Source: Lama guanicoe
Lineage: Eukaryota
Assembly: GCA_013239625.1 (NCBI GenBank)
Contig: MU053652.1
Span: forward strand, 7,183,902 to 7,247,901
Length of the DNA stretch: 64,000 bases
Reading direction: 5' to 3'
Shown here one piece after another: positions 39,195 to 50,410 of this stretch; positions within the stretch are counted from its first letter, which is position 1; each line of letters begins with the position of its first letter. The notes beneath the pieces are model-generated. The model saw nothing but the letters and a program-made list of their open reading frames with translations. It was not told the DNA's origin and searched no databases. The position numbers and the translations under genes were made by a program.

Positions 39195-39847
39195 CCCTAA
39201 AGCATATTTTACTCACCTTACCTGCATCCCAACATGCTTCTGGGTTAGATGTTGCCCTGTATTTGCACTGTGCCTATCATTGCTCTGATCACAGTGTGAT
39301 TTTACTAGTTTGACTCTAGTTTCTATCCCTTTTGTAGCAGCTAGCACAATCCTTAGTATAAATCAGACCTTCAGTATTTAACATGTGAATAACATTTAAC
39401 TCACATACATTTATCTGTTTTTATTGTTATTTGGATAATTATGGAAAAATCTTAAAGACTTTTAACATAATGTTGCACTTGAAATTACAGATTTATTTTC
39501 TATTGCCTTATTTCTTCCTAAGATTCTGGTAAGGGAGTCTGTGCTTTGGGGCTCATTCATTCCATCTTTCTTAGAGGCACAAGTGTAGTTAATTAGAACA
39601 ATCTTCTGGTTGAATCACTGTAGTCTTTACAAAATTGTCTTCAATTTGCTGTGAATTCTGGGTCAAAACAAAGCTACCATCTGAACTTTGAATGTATCAG
39701 TATAATTTTTTTACTTGCATATTTCAAAGAAATAGGGTACACTGACACTTGGGTGGTATCATCTGCAGGTGATTAATTAAGGGAGAGAGATGTATTTTGT
39801 GTGTATTTACACTCTATGTTCAAGTTATATTAAAAAATTAAACTTTA

Positions 39848-40070
39848 TGGGAGGGGATGGACTGGGATTTCAAGGTTGTAGAGTGGATAGACAGGATTGC
39901 GCTGTGTGGCACAGGGAGGTATGCACAGAATGTTGTGATGAATCACGGGGAAGAGAGTGTGGCGGTGGGTGTGTGTATGTCCGTGAGTGGCTGAGAGATT
40001 GTGCTGAGCGCTGGAGTTTGACACAGCATTGTGGAATGATTGTAAGTCAATAAAAAATGTTAAAAAAAAA
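39848..40070 (+). mobile_element. Young 5'-truncated L1 3' UTR tail, A>G hypermutated
   Basis: Colinear with the reverse complement of 25614-25827; AATAAA (40049-40054) and A-tail; 15-bp TSD AAAAAATTAAACTTT (39832-39846, 40065-40079) at a TT/AAAA site. Confidence 0.92.
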
Positions 40071-40199
40071 TTAAACTTTTAAACAATGCACAGGGTAGAA
40101 AGTTGTGAGAGAAGATTAAGTGTGAAAGGGGATTCAAAAGGGGTAGATCACTTCTAGTTCTGGGAATCTTGAGAAGGTGTTTTTAGAGAAGGGCCCTCC

Positions 40200-40400
40200 T
40201 GATGTACAGTGCCTTGAAGATTACATGCAATTGCACCAAAGTCGTAAGAGCATTTTTTTATGTATTATCTCACTTGATCCTCAAAAGTCTCTGTGTATTA
40301 GATTCTTGTTACTCCATTTTGCGGATGAAAATCCTGAGACAGAGTTTAAGAAGCTTGCATAAGGTCACAAAGGTGATAGAATTAGGATCTGACTTAAAGA
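40200..40400 (-). mobile_element. MIR SINE
   Basis: 'tgtattatctcacttgatcctcaaaa...ccattttgcggatgaaaatcctgagacagagtttaagaagcttgcataaggtcaca'. Confidence 0.7.
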
Positions 40401-41489
40401 AATGCAGGCAACGTGATGTATGAAGACAGCCATACATATGTGGGGGCACTGCACAACTTATACAAGGAATATTTAAGTTTAGTTTGTTTGAAATATAAAG
40501 TGCTTGAAGAATAATGGTGGAGAATATATTTGGGGACATTAGTGGCAAATAGTGTTCAATCTCATTCCTGGGCTTTATTCTGTGTGCAACAGAGAATACC
40601 TAGAGCTGTTTTAGGAGAAGGGTGACAAGACGAGAGAGAAAAAAAATGGTGGTGATATGATGGTATTGTAGAGAGGAAGAGATGGAGATGCAGGGACACT
40701 ATTAAGAAATTATTATTAAAAAAAGAAATTATTACAATAACCTGATTATGAAAGGAAAAGGACGTGAGCTTAGATTGTGACACTGAGAAGGAAGAAAAAG
40801 ATGTGATTGTAAAATAAGATACAGAAGTAGGATCAGTGGAGGTTAGCGACCGGTTGGACTTGCCTGTGTAGTAAGATATACCTTTATTTATGTTTATGAA
40901 TTTATTGTGATTTTTTGAAAGCCTGAATGCATATAAATGCTAAACATTATATCTAATCCAATCAAAATATATTTAAGCTCTGCTGAGTATGTTATTAATT
41001 GTCCTTTTCCACAGTCGATTTGATCTTTGGATGATTTAACCTGTTGCCACTTCTAAACCATACAAGGCTCTAAAGTCATGAAGAAGACTTTCTTTCCACT
41101 GAGAGTCCAATTTCACTCCCTTCTCCAGCTAGTGATATTTTTAATATAAAATTAAGAATATAAAGAGTTTAGAAGCATTAGCATGTAGCACACTAAAGTT
41201 GTTTGTGAACCACGGAGACTGACCCTCTGGTTCTGTGAAGTGTTGTGTGTGGCCTGCATTCTTCAGGGGCATGACCCTCTAAATAACGGCCATGTGATCA
41301 TCGTTTATGCTTTACAGAGCACCCTAAGTGTAATGGAGGTGGAAACTTGTGTCAGAAGTGGCACGTTATTCTTTCCCCTGTTCCACAGGCTTTTAAACAA
41401 ATCACGTATTTGGCCAGTTACCAGTCTGCAGTGTCACACCCTCTTCAGGAAAGCCGCTTCTTTTTGTAGACCCACCATCAATCTAGTTT

Positions 41490-41687
41490 AAGAGTTGAAT
41501 TTTTTCTGAAAGCACTGGATAGTATATACTTTAGGCTTTGCAGGACAGGTAATCTCTGTCACAACTACTCAGTTGTGCCTTATAGCATGAAAACAGCCAT
41601 AGACAATATGTAAATGAATGTGTGGCAGTAAAACTTGATTTTACAGCCCGGCAGCTGGCCCCCAGGCCATAGTTTGCTGACCTTTGA
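41490..41687 (+). mobile_element. MER58A-like hAT MITE
   Basis: 'tttaggctttgcaggac...tctctgtcacaactactcagttgtgcc...aaaacagccatagacaatatgtaaatgaatg...ggccatagtttgctgaccttt'. Confidence 0.8.
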
Positions 41688-41929
41688 TCTTGCTCATGGT
41701 TATGATTTTCATAAAATTTTAAGAAGAATTCAGACAACCGAGCACATGTGTTTATATTAGCTCCCTCTCAAGTTAAAATTAAAATTACAGTTTAAAATAG
41801 GTATAATTTTCAGTGCCAAATAGAATGGGAGGTCATAGTTAACAAAAGAGCTCATAGTTAACAAAACTTCAGATATTTGGATGGTTGTTATTAACTGATT
41901 TAACCAAGAAGAGTGAATTTTATTTTTAT

Positions 41930-42180
41930 AGGCATGAACAAGCAATGCCATTCAAAAAGATCTCCATCCTGTTTGCAGTCAGTCCTCATTGCCATCCTCA
42001 GTCCTAAGCAGCCACTAATTTCCTTTCTGTCTCGATACCTTTCTGGACATTTCATATAGATAGAGTCAAACAACGTGTGATCTTTGCTTCTGGCTCCTTT
42101 CACTCAGCATAAAGATTTTGAGGTTCCATGTTGTAGCATGTATCAATAGTTTGTTCCTTTTTATTACTGAATATCAATAT
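41930..42180 (-). mobile_element. Old L1 3' end fragment
   Basis: 'gcagccactaatttcctttctgtctc...ttctggacatttcatataga...ttcactcagcataaagattttgaggttcc'. Confidence 0.7.
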
Positions 42181-43589
42181 ATTTTTATGGTTATTTTTTT
42201 AAACTTTTTGAATTTTTTAAAATTGTTAGTTTTGCGTCCCTTATTTTAAATACAAACTCTGTAAAGATAAAGACCATTGTTAGTCTTCGTATAAATCCTT
42301 ACACCTAGGTTTACTGTCTGTGACCTGTGGTTGCTCACTGCATAGAGTAAATCATAGGAGGAAAATGCCTCCAGCTATATAATTCCAGAATAACATTTAT
42401 GAACTCATGGAACATCTAGGTACCTATCTACTTACCTAATTTACCTGTCTGTCTATCTATGTATTTATCTATCTAGCTAATCTAACCTACTTATCTAATC
42501 ACACACACACACACGTATCTATATTATAGAATCTATATCACAGTTTATCATGCTTTCTTTTCTTTCCTGCCTCCCATGATCTTTTGCAATATTATAAAAA
42601 ACATGAGTACAAATTATGTTAATCACACACCAGCATAATAAAGGGAGTGCTATTATATGTGTATTGTATAGAAAGTGTCCTTGTAAATAATAAGATTATA
42701 ACATATAATATTGCCTTTATTCAGTGATTTGTCTTCATAGCTTTTACTTTAGTGTTTCAATAATAAAGTTTTATACAAATGGAAAATTTGCGAAAATACT
42801 GGTTGATTTAAAAACAGCAGTGCTGTAGTAGATAAAAAGGAGGTAAAGCAACTTTCATTAAGGATTTTTTTTTGTGGATAATATGATTTATGCATGCATG
42901 CTTTGATTAAAGACCTTGGTTAGATGAACTACCAGCTTACCCTTATAATAAAACTCCAAGGCAATTTACACTTAATCATACTGAGGAAATTAGGTGAATT
43001 GCTTAAGATTGCAGAATACGGGGCTTAATTTGTCATTTATCTTTTCTCAATTTATATCAAGTTACATGAAGTATTACCTAAGTGTTAAAGTAGTTAAAAT
43101 ACTTTGTCAACAGCTTAAACATGAAGTCTTAATGAAGCATTAAAATAATTAAAGTCAATCCTTTATTAAAAGTTTAAATATGTATTTTTAAATATTATAC
43201 ACTAGTTAGATAAAACAAGAAAGAATACTGGTTTATTAAATGTCTTTCTACTCTCCCTACCTTCCCTGCCGATGTTAGCTATCAAGAAAATAAACTTAAA
43301 TTACCTTTTATTTTTGTAACTTTATTATTAAAATATGAAGTTGTAAGTTGACTATAGTTTTGCATGTTTATTTTTCCTTCATTTGGGAATGAGTAAAAAA
43401 TTAGGCATGGGAAAAATAAATATTTTTGTTATTTTATGTAGTCATTATTGAAGGATTATTTGTTTATTTGGTGGAACACTTTACTTTTTTGGGGCAGTTA
43501 AATAAAACCTATTTATTATAGCAGTTTGCCTTATTAGGATTTATTAAAATGAGTAGCTTGGTTATTTATTTGCTGATTTTTCCTTTTTA

Positions 43590-44300
43590 TTTAAGTAAAC
43601 TTTTAATTGAGGGGTAGCATCACAGAAAAATGGTACAAATCATGGATATATGTCTTGATGAATCTTCACAAAATGAACACACCCATCCAGATCAAGAACT
43701 AGAACCTTACTAGCACACCGGAAACCTGCTTGTGTCCCCTTCCAATAACAACCCCCTTCAGGATAACCACTATCTTATCTTCTATCATAGTTTAGTTTTG
43801 TGCTTTCTTGAACCTCATGTAGAGTCATACAGTACGTATTCCTTTGGGTCTTCTTTTGCTCAGTATTACTTTTGTGAAATTGATGGTATATATGGCAGTA
43901 ATCTTTCTGTCCCATTTCTTTGAATGAATACACTGCAGTTTGTCTATCCATTCTCTTGACTGATTGACATTTGGGTGTTTCCAATTTCTAGTTATTATGA
44001 ATGCTACTTCTATGATGAACATTCTTGTTATCTTTGTATCTTTTTTTCCTGAAAAATGTATGCATTTCTGTTCTGCATATTTGTGGGAGTGGATTGATCG
44101 CAGGGTCATAGGGTGAACATACGTTCAGCTTTAGTAGATAACTACCAAAAAGTTTTCAAAAGAGGTTGTACCGGTTTAAACTCTCATGGAAAATGTGGCT
44201 TTACACTCTTGCTGACATTTGGTACTCTCAGTATTTTTTATTTAGCCATTCTGGTGGGTGCAGGTGGTATCTTTATTGTATTTTTTGATTTGCATCTCTG
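43590..44300 (-). mobile_element. Old L1 (L1MB/ME-like) 3' end
   Basis: 'catccagatcaagaactagaacc...ataaccactatc...tgacatttgggtgtttccaatttctagttattatgaat...ttagccattctggtgggtg'. Confidence 0.75.
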
Positions 44301-46531
44301 AAAGCTATTTAATATTTCATTTAGATTGCTGCTTGTCTTTATTATTCTTAAAAGCAATTTACTGGACACTTTTTTAATGCCACTTATTTCTTGAATCTGA
44401 ATTTTTGTTTCCTTTTATAAATAGGTAAATACAAAATATGTGTATAAAATGGTGTTTTATTTTGAAACTCCTCGTTATTTTATAGACAACCTTAGGATAG
44501 TCTACAGTCATCCTCATGTTATACTATTCTAAACAGCTTGCTTTGTAAGGAGGTGATATTTTGAAGAATATTACTATGTAAGACTCTCTGGGCCTGCAGC
44601 TCAGTAATTGAATTGATTGCGTGTGTGGGCGTTCCTGTGAAGAAGTTAGATTTAAAACACTAAGACATAAACTTCGAATGAGATATTTTTAAATTCTGTT
44701 TTTATGATCCTTGGTGTTGAGAAAGTACTTTTTTATTTGATAGTTCTCTAATTAACTATATACACATCTGTGTATCTGTATATATTTACATGTTAGTGTT
44801 TTTTTTAAGCAACTCAGAAATGTCCACAGATAACGTGGTAATACGAGAAGTTCTTTGGTAAGGGTAGTGATGTATTTCAAGAATGCTGTTTTAATTGTTT
44901 GTAATTTGACAGGAGGAGAAGAAAATATGAAGGTAGGAAAAATAATTCCGGATTATAACAGTAGTCCAAAATTAAAGCTGTAGAAATGGAGAACTAAAAC
45001 AAATCTGAGAAATAGCATAAATACAGGGAGATTTTAGAATTTCTCAGTTTATCTTTCCAGTGGGCAGTACTTCGTTTTGAGTGTAATTTATGTGCCCTTT
45101 TCCTTAGTCACTACACCAGGTGTTTATAAAATACATTCCTGTAATTATCTGAATAAGGCAAAACAGTTTACTTCATTGAGGTGGAGTCCTAAACTTTGTT
45201 GTAAATACTTTTGAAATGCTCATTGGAAAAGTTACATAACAGAAAATTACAATGGGTATGGATATATTAATGTTATCTTTTGAATTTATAGTATGAGTTG
45301 AGGGCAAAGTTGTTTTAAATCAAGAGACTACTTTTCCACTGAAAATACAGTATAATCTCTAGACAATGTAACTATCAATAACTAGACTTCAGTATTTAGT
45401 TACAGTTCTCTTTTTTTTTAAGGAAAATAGTACATACAATGAAATGTATGGAGTTTATGAATATCTATTTTTGTCTATCCATAATAATATAAAGCCAAAT
45501 ACCATAATACTTTAGGATCCTCTTTAAAAGAAATAGAAAGCTTTGATTATCATTTTATTGCTTAAAATTATTCATTTGTGTAGGAAATAGTAAAAACCAG
45601 TGTATAAACTTTAAAGAAGATAGAAACTTTATTAGACTTTTCTGATTGCCTTTGGACTTTTGCTGTAAAAGTTGCCAGTTACTTGCATGATTAAGGACAG
45701 GTTATTTGACTGGGTTTTATGTCACCCAGTTGCTTCATAGTTTATTTTGGTTACTTGATACAGTTTATGTAAACTGGGAAACATTCTTCAAGATGACAGT
45801 TGCTCCCTACTCATTTTCCAAGCAAATAAGGATGCCATCGCTTTCAAGTTTCCTGCAGGTTGGGTGGGAGAAGTCAGGGTAGCAATTGGTTTGGTATCAG
45901 GAAGCATCAAATGGAATTTTACTGTTTTGATTTTTTTTTTTTGCAGTCTTGTAAGTAACAACAAAGAGTGAGATAAGAATGTAAAAAAGAGACAAAAATC
46001 TGTAACTGAGTTGCCAGGAGACAGGGTAGATAATGGGGAGGCAAGAACTGGTGAAGAGTGTCCCAAGATAACAGGAAAATGTAGTCATGAAGAGCTGTCT
46101 GCCTCTTCATTAAGTGAGGCTGTAAGTGCTCCAGTTTTCTCAGTAATACTCTAAAATAACTTGCAGATCTAATTGACATAAGCTTAAATCTGCAAGTTAT
46201 TTTAAAAGTATTATTTAGCAAAGCATTCTCAGTGAGAGAAACACCAGTTCTGTGAAACATTCTGTGAAAAAGTGGGAAATTCTGCATACTGTATCTGGCT
46301 CTTGAGATTCACGATGCATTATTAGCACGTTATCACCTCTGAAAAGTTTTAATAAAGGAACCCGTTTAACTTTATTTTTAACTATTTTTTACTTGGAATT
46401 ACTTGAACATGGAACCCTTTTAATGTACTCTGATTCTTACTTAAACTGTTGTTCCATAGAATCAAGTTTAGGGATTACTGACTTAGATTAAGGTTGATGG
46501 AGCTTCACTTTCAAGTAATTCATTGTACGTA

Positions 46532-46533
<2 letters not shown>

Positions 46534-46573
<40 letters not shown>
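46534..46573. repeat. (TG)20 perfect microsatellite
   Basis: Direct reading. Confidence 0.95.
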
Positions 46574-46580
<7 letters not shown>

Positions 46581-46743
46581 TTAACTTTCATTTATTTATT
46601 GCGAACTGGGAAGGGGTAGTGCCAATTCTTACTTGTTTGCAATTTGATAGTATTGCAAGGGACCTGTCTCTGTAGTGATCTGTATAAAATGTAGCGCTTT
46701 ATGAATTTTCCCTTTCAGAAAGTATAATATTGATGCTCTAGAT

Positions 46744-48175
46744 CAGTGCTTCTTAAGCACTCTTAAAAATTAAAATTAAAAATATTTTAAAAATTAAACT
46801 TACTGTTAAAAATTATGAGGATCCCTAGGAGCATTTATTTATATGGGTCATAGATATAGATACTTAAACATACTAGAAATCAAAAGTGAAGAACTAACAT
46901 TTAATAACATTTAATAATTCATTTAAACCAAAAACAGTCTATTATATGTAAACATAAGTAACATTTTTAATGAAAAAATACTTTCCAAAAATATGAAATG
47001 TGGTATTATTTCGCACTTTTTAAGGTATTTTAATCTTTAAAATAGTAAAAGCAGACTTCTCTCTTCAGCACTCAGTTAGTTATGACATGTTACTTCAGTT
47101 GAGATATATAAAAATTTCTGGTTTCACAACTTTGTAGCTGGAAAAGGAAAGAGGATTTTTAGTCTTCAGATAAATTTGGATATTCTTTGATATTACACCA
47201 AAAATCAGCAAGTGGTAGCTTTTTAAAAATTAATTGCAATGAGGAATCTGAAACCATAGCAATGAGCTTTCATATTTTATTGAATTAAAATCCAGTGATC
47301 CATCTTGCACTTTGAATGGATCTTTAAATCATCCATAATTTGTAATGCATAAGTCATTTAAAAAAATTTCCTGCGTTATGCTGATCTTCTAAATGTTAAC
47401 ACATTTCATTGTACAATATCACACAATACTGAAACGTACCAGTACCCACAACTCAGTTATTTCTGTCAGCCTTCAGTTTTATCACAAAAGTCTTTGACTT
47501 TTGGGAGGCTATCAGTATCATGGTAGAAGATTGAAATTTTCCAATATTCTAATTTTTGCGTAAAAACTTTGGTTTTATCATTGGCAAAATAATGTTGCCA
47601 GTTTTCATTGACCAGATTCATTCCATTCGTTTTTGTAAAAACATCTGTCAAATACCAAAGCCTGAATAACTAAAGTTTGTTAGTCATGATTTTAAATAAA
47701 AATGTTGTTCCATGAAGAAAAATGGCAAGTGTAACTCACAACTCAGTCCCACAAGTGCTTTTCCTCAAAATGACTATCATACTTTGATAAGCAAATGAAA
47801 TATTTTACTTCCCATGCCATCATGTAGAATATTAAAAAGACATATACTCATAGGTCACATATAATAAATTTTTAATGTTTCGTCAAGAACGTCCTTATTC
47901 TTTAATAAAATTATCGTGGGTTTTTATTTTAATGTAGTGTGTTTTGGTGAAGGATACAATGACCACCACTACAGTTTGATGCTACTGCCTTGATTCTTGC
48001 CAAGACACAAACAGTTTTACTCACCATTGCTTTTATATTATCAGTCCCAAAGGTCATCACAGTAAAAAGCCAAATAACATTGTAGTGTTACTATGAAAAT
48101 AAGTTTGACTTTATCACCCCATAAGAATGTCTAGGAGCCCCCCAGTGTTTTGCAGACCAAACTTTAAGAATTGTT
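46744..48175. mobile_element. Charlie1-family hAT DNA transposon remnant (~1.4 kb)
   Basis: Starts CAGTGCTTCTTAAG after CTCTAGAT; internal 'aaaattatgaggatccctaggagc' and 'gatattacaccaaaaatcagcaagtggtag'; ends '...gcagaccaaactttaagaattg'. Confidence 0.7.
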
Positions 48176-48677
48176 AACCCTACTGGAAGGTGAACATTTC
48201 TTCAAACTGACACAGTCTATCATCAGGTGAATTTTTTTATCCTAATTTTTTAAGTAAGGTATTAAATCTTCTTGGCCCTTGATTACCATTTAGCTCCATT
48301 AAAATTGTTCTGTATTATTTTTAACCTTTCATTTTTTGAATAAGATAAATGGTTAATGCTGCTTTCTACCTTGTAGCTTTTCAGAAACTCTTTGTGTTCC
48401 AAGTGAAATTTCTCTTGAGGACGAATGCTCTTGTTAACTACAAGATGGTTCTCTGAGAGCACCATATCTAAAAGCAACTAAGTAAGATTCCGATGGAAAC
48501 TGAAATTGAAATTCCTTTGCAATCACTTACCTCTGTACGTTTCATTTCATGTGCCAACTGTGATCAGTTTGGCACTGTATCTTGCCAGGGTATCTTCAGA
48601 TACTTTGTTAAGACAGAGTCTAAGATCATACCTGGGTTCATTAGAAAATTATGCTGATTAATTAGCAGTAAGAGAAA

Positions 48678-48761
48678 TGCTGCTGCTGCTGGCACTACCA
48701 CCACTGCTGCTGCCACCACCACCGCCACCACCACCACCACCACCACCATCACCACCACCAT
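48678..48761. repeat. Compound (GCT)n/(CAC)n trinucleotide repeat next to an antisense MIR (48770-48920)
   Basis: tgctgctgctgctggcactaccaccactgctgctgccaccaccaccgccaccaccaccaccacc... Confidence 0.85.
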
Positions 48762-50179
48762 TGGCCAGCTCTCATATATAGCATTTAACCATCTTCTAGG
48801 TGCTGTTTTAAGCACTTTACATGTAATTACTTGTTTAATTCTAACAATCATATTAGGTGAATTCTATTATTTTCTCCATTTTTCAGATAAGGAAATAGAG
48901 GCACAAAGAGACTAAATGATTTTCAGTGTCTGCAGTAGGCCTCAGAAAGGAATTTTTACAAGTATATATTTGCTGTAGGTAATGACATGCATTAATTTAG
49001 TAAAGATAGGTACTCAACTACTATGTGTTATAGATGCTGTGAATAGTGAAGACTTAATCCTAAATCTGGAAGGCTATCTGTGTTTTCTGATTAAAGTGTC
49101 TACTTTCCTTCTGACATTCTTTAGAAATCTTCTGTATACAGTCACTGTTCTGAAAAATATTTGCTATGTACAAATACATCATTTGTTACCCAATAAATAT
49201 ATATAATTTATTTCATGACAATTGATGCCTTCCCACAATAGGTTATTATTTAAATTAGAAACTTTCTTAACCAACCTGTTCTTATCTAATTTGGCACTGA
49301 ACAAATGTTCTCCACTCTGTCTGTAAAACCTTGTTACTGATGCTTTTGTCATCCTGAGCTCTCCCAACTAGGAATTGGTGACTGGGAGACTGGCCCTAAA
49401 GCCCCTGCTCATTCCTGCTCCCACTAGTGGGACTGTATGCCTGCAAGAATTGTTTTCTTAGGATTTTGTTCCCAAATTTGTTCATACTTCCTTTACTTTT
49501 ATTCTAATTAAGTAATTTCATAAAATCTTATATAAATGGATGAATATGAACGTGAAGACTTTTTTTTTTTTAAATGTAAGTTGAATGCTTTGAAAAGATA
49601 ATAAACAGGCACTGTGCTGGATTTGAGCTGTGGGCCATAGTCTGGCAACTCCTGATTTATAACACCATGCTCTCTCCTTTTCCCTCCTACCACTCACGAT
49701 GCGGTTAACTCCTCTTTAGCCTCATACTTAAACATACATCTTCTTTTATTGCCTTTGTCTTGCCACTGGGATTTAACTCTTGTTCAGATACCTTAGGAGA
49801 CACTCTTTTGCCTCCTTTTCTTCTTTTCTTCTTTCAGTTGTATGAGTCAAAATATAGTTATTACAAAGAATATAAAAATACATACAAGCATCATAAGAAT
49901 GCATTATTGTAGAATCTTCCTCTGATGATGTTTGTAGGATCTGTTTCTGGAGTAAATTTATATGTGAAGTTTCATTATGATGATATGTTAATTCTTCAGC
50001 AATGAACTTTTCTTTAGTATGTTTCAAGACAAATGCATAAAATAGTAAATAGTATAGAGTTAAGATACAGTGTAATTTCACCTACTTAGAAAATCTCTGA
50101 AGCCTCCATCCGTCAGTTTTAAGCATATTTTACTTTCTTTGGGATTATTGTTTATGTTTTAAAAAACATGCAATATGGA

Positions 50180-50410
50180 GATACTGCAGTGTTTTGGTTA
50201 AATGTAGAAACATAGGAATCAGATATGCTGAGTTATATGTGACTTACAGGACGTTCACACATGAATATCTTACCTAGCCTTGTTAAGAAACCACCTTCTC
50301 TTGTTTGTAAACTGCTACATACAACTGTCTAAGAATTCAGGGAGGTAGTATGTATAAATTGCTTGGTACACTACCTGGAATATAGTAAGACCTAAGTAAT
50401 TGTTGACCAC
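50180..50410 (+). mobile_element. MIR SINE fragment
   Basis: 'ggaatcagatatgctgagtt...gtatgtataaattgcttggtacactacctggaatatagtaaga'. Confidence 0.5.

Noticed and set aside
39848..40061. Transcription-associated A>G asymmetry or CpG decay as the cause of the pattern
   Set aside because: Only 5 of 41 sites are CA/CG, the flanks and TSDs are unaffected, and a 41:0 bias in a young element far exceeds a gradual strand asymmetry.
48564..48851. Poly-Val/Ala ORF (also the ORFs at 51726-52045 and 53180-53505)
   Set aside because: By-products of simple or low-complexity repeats.
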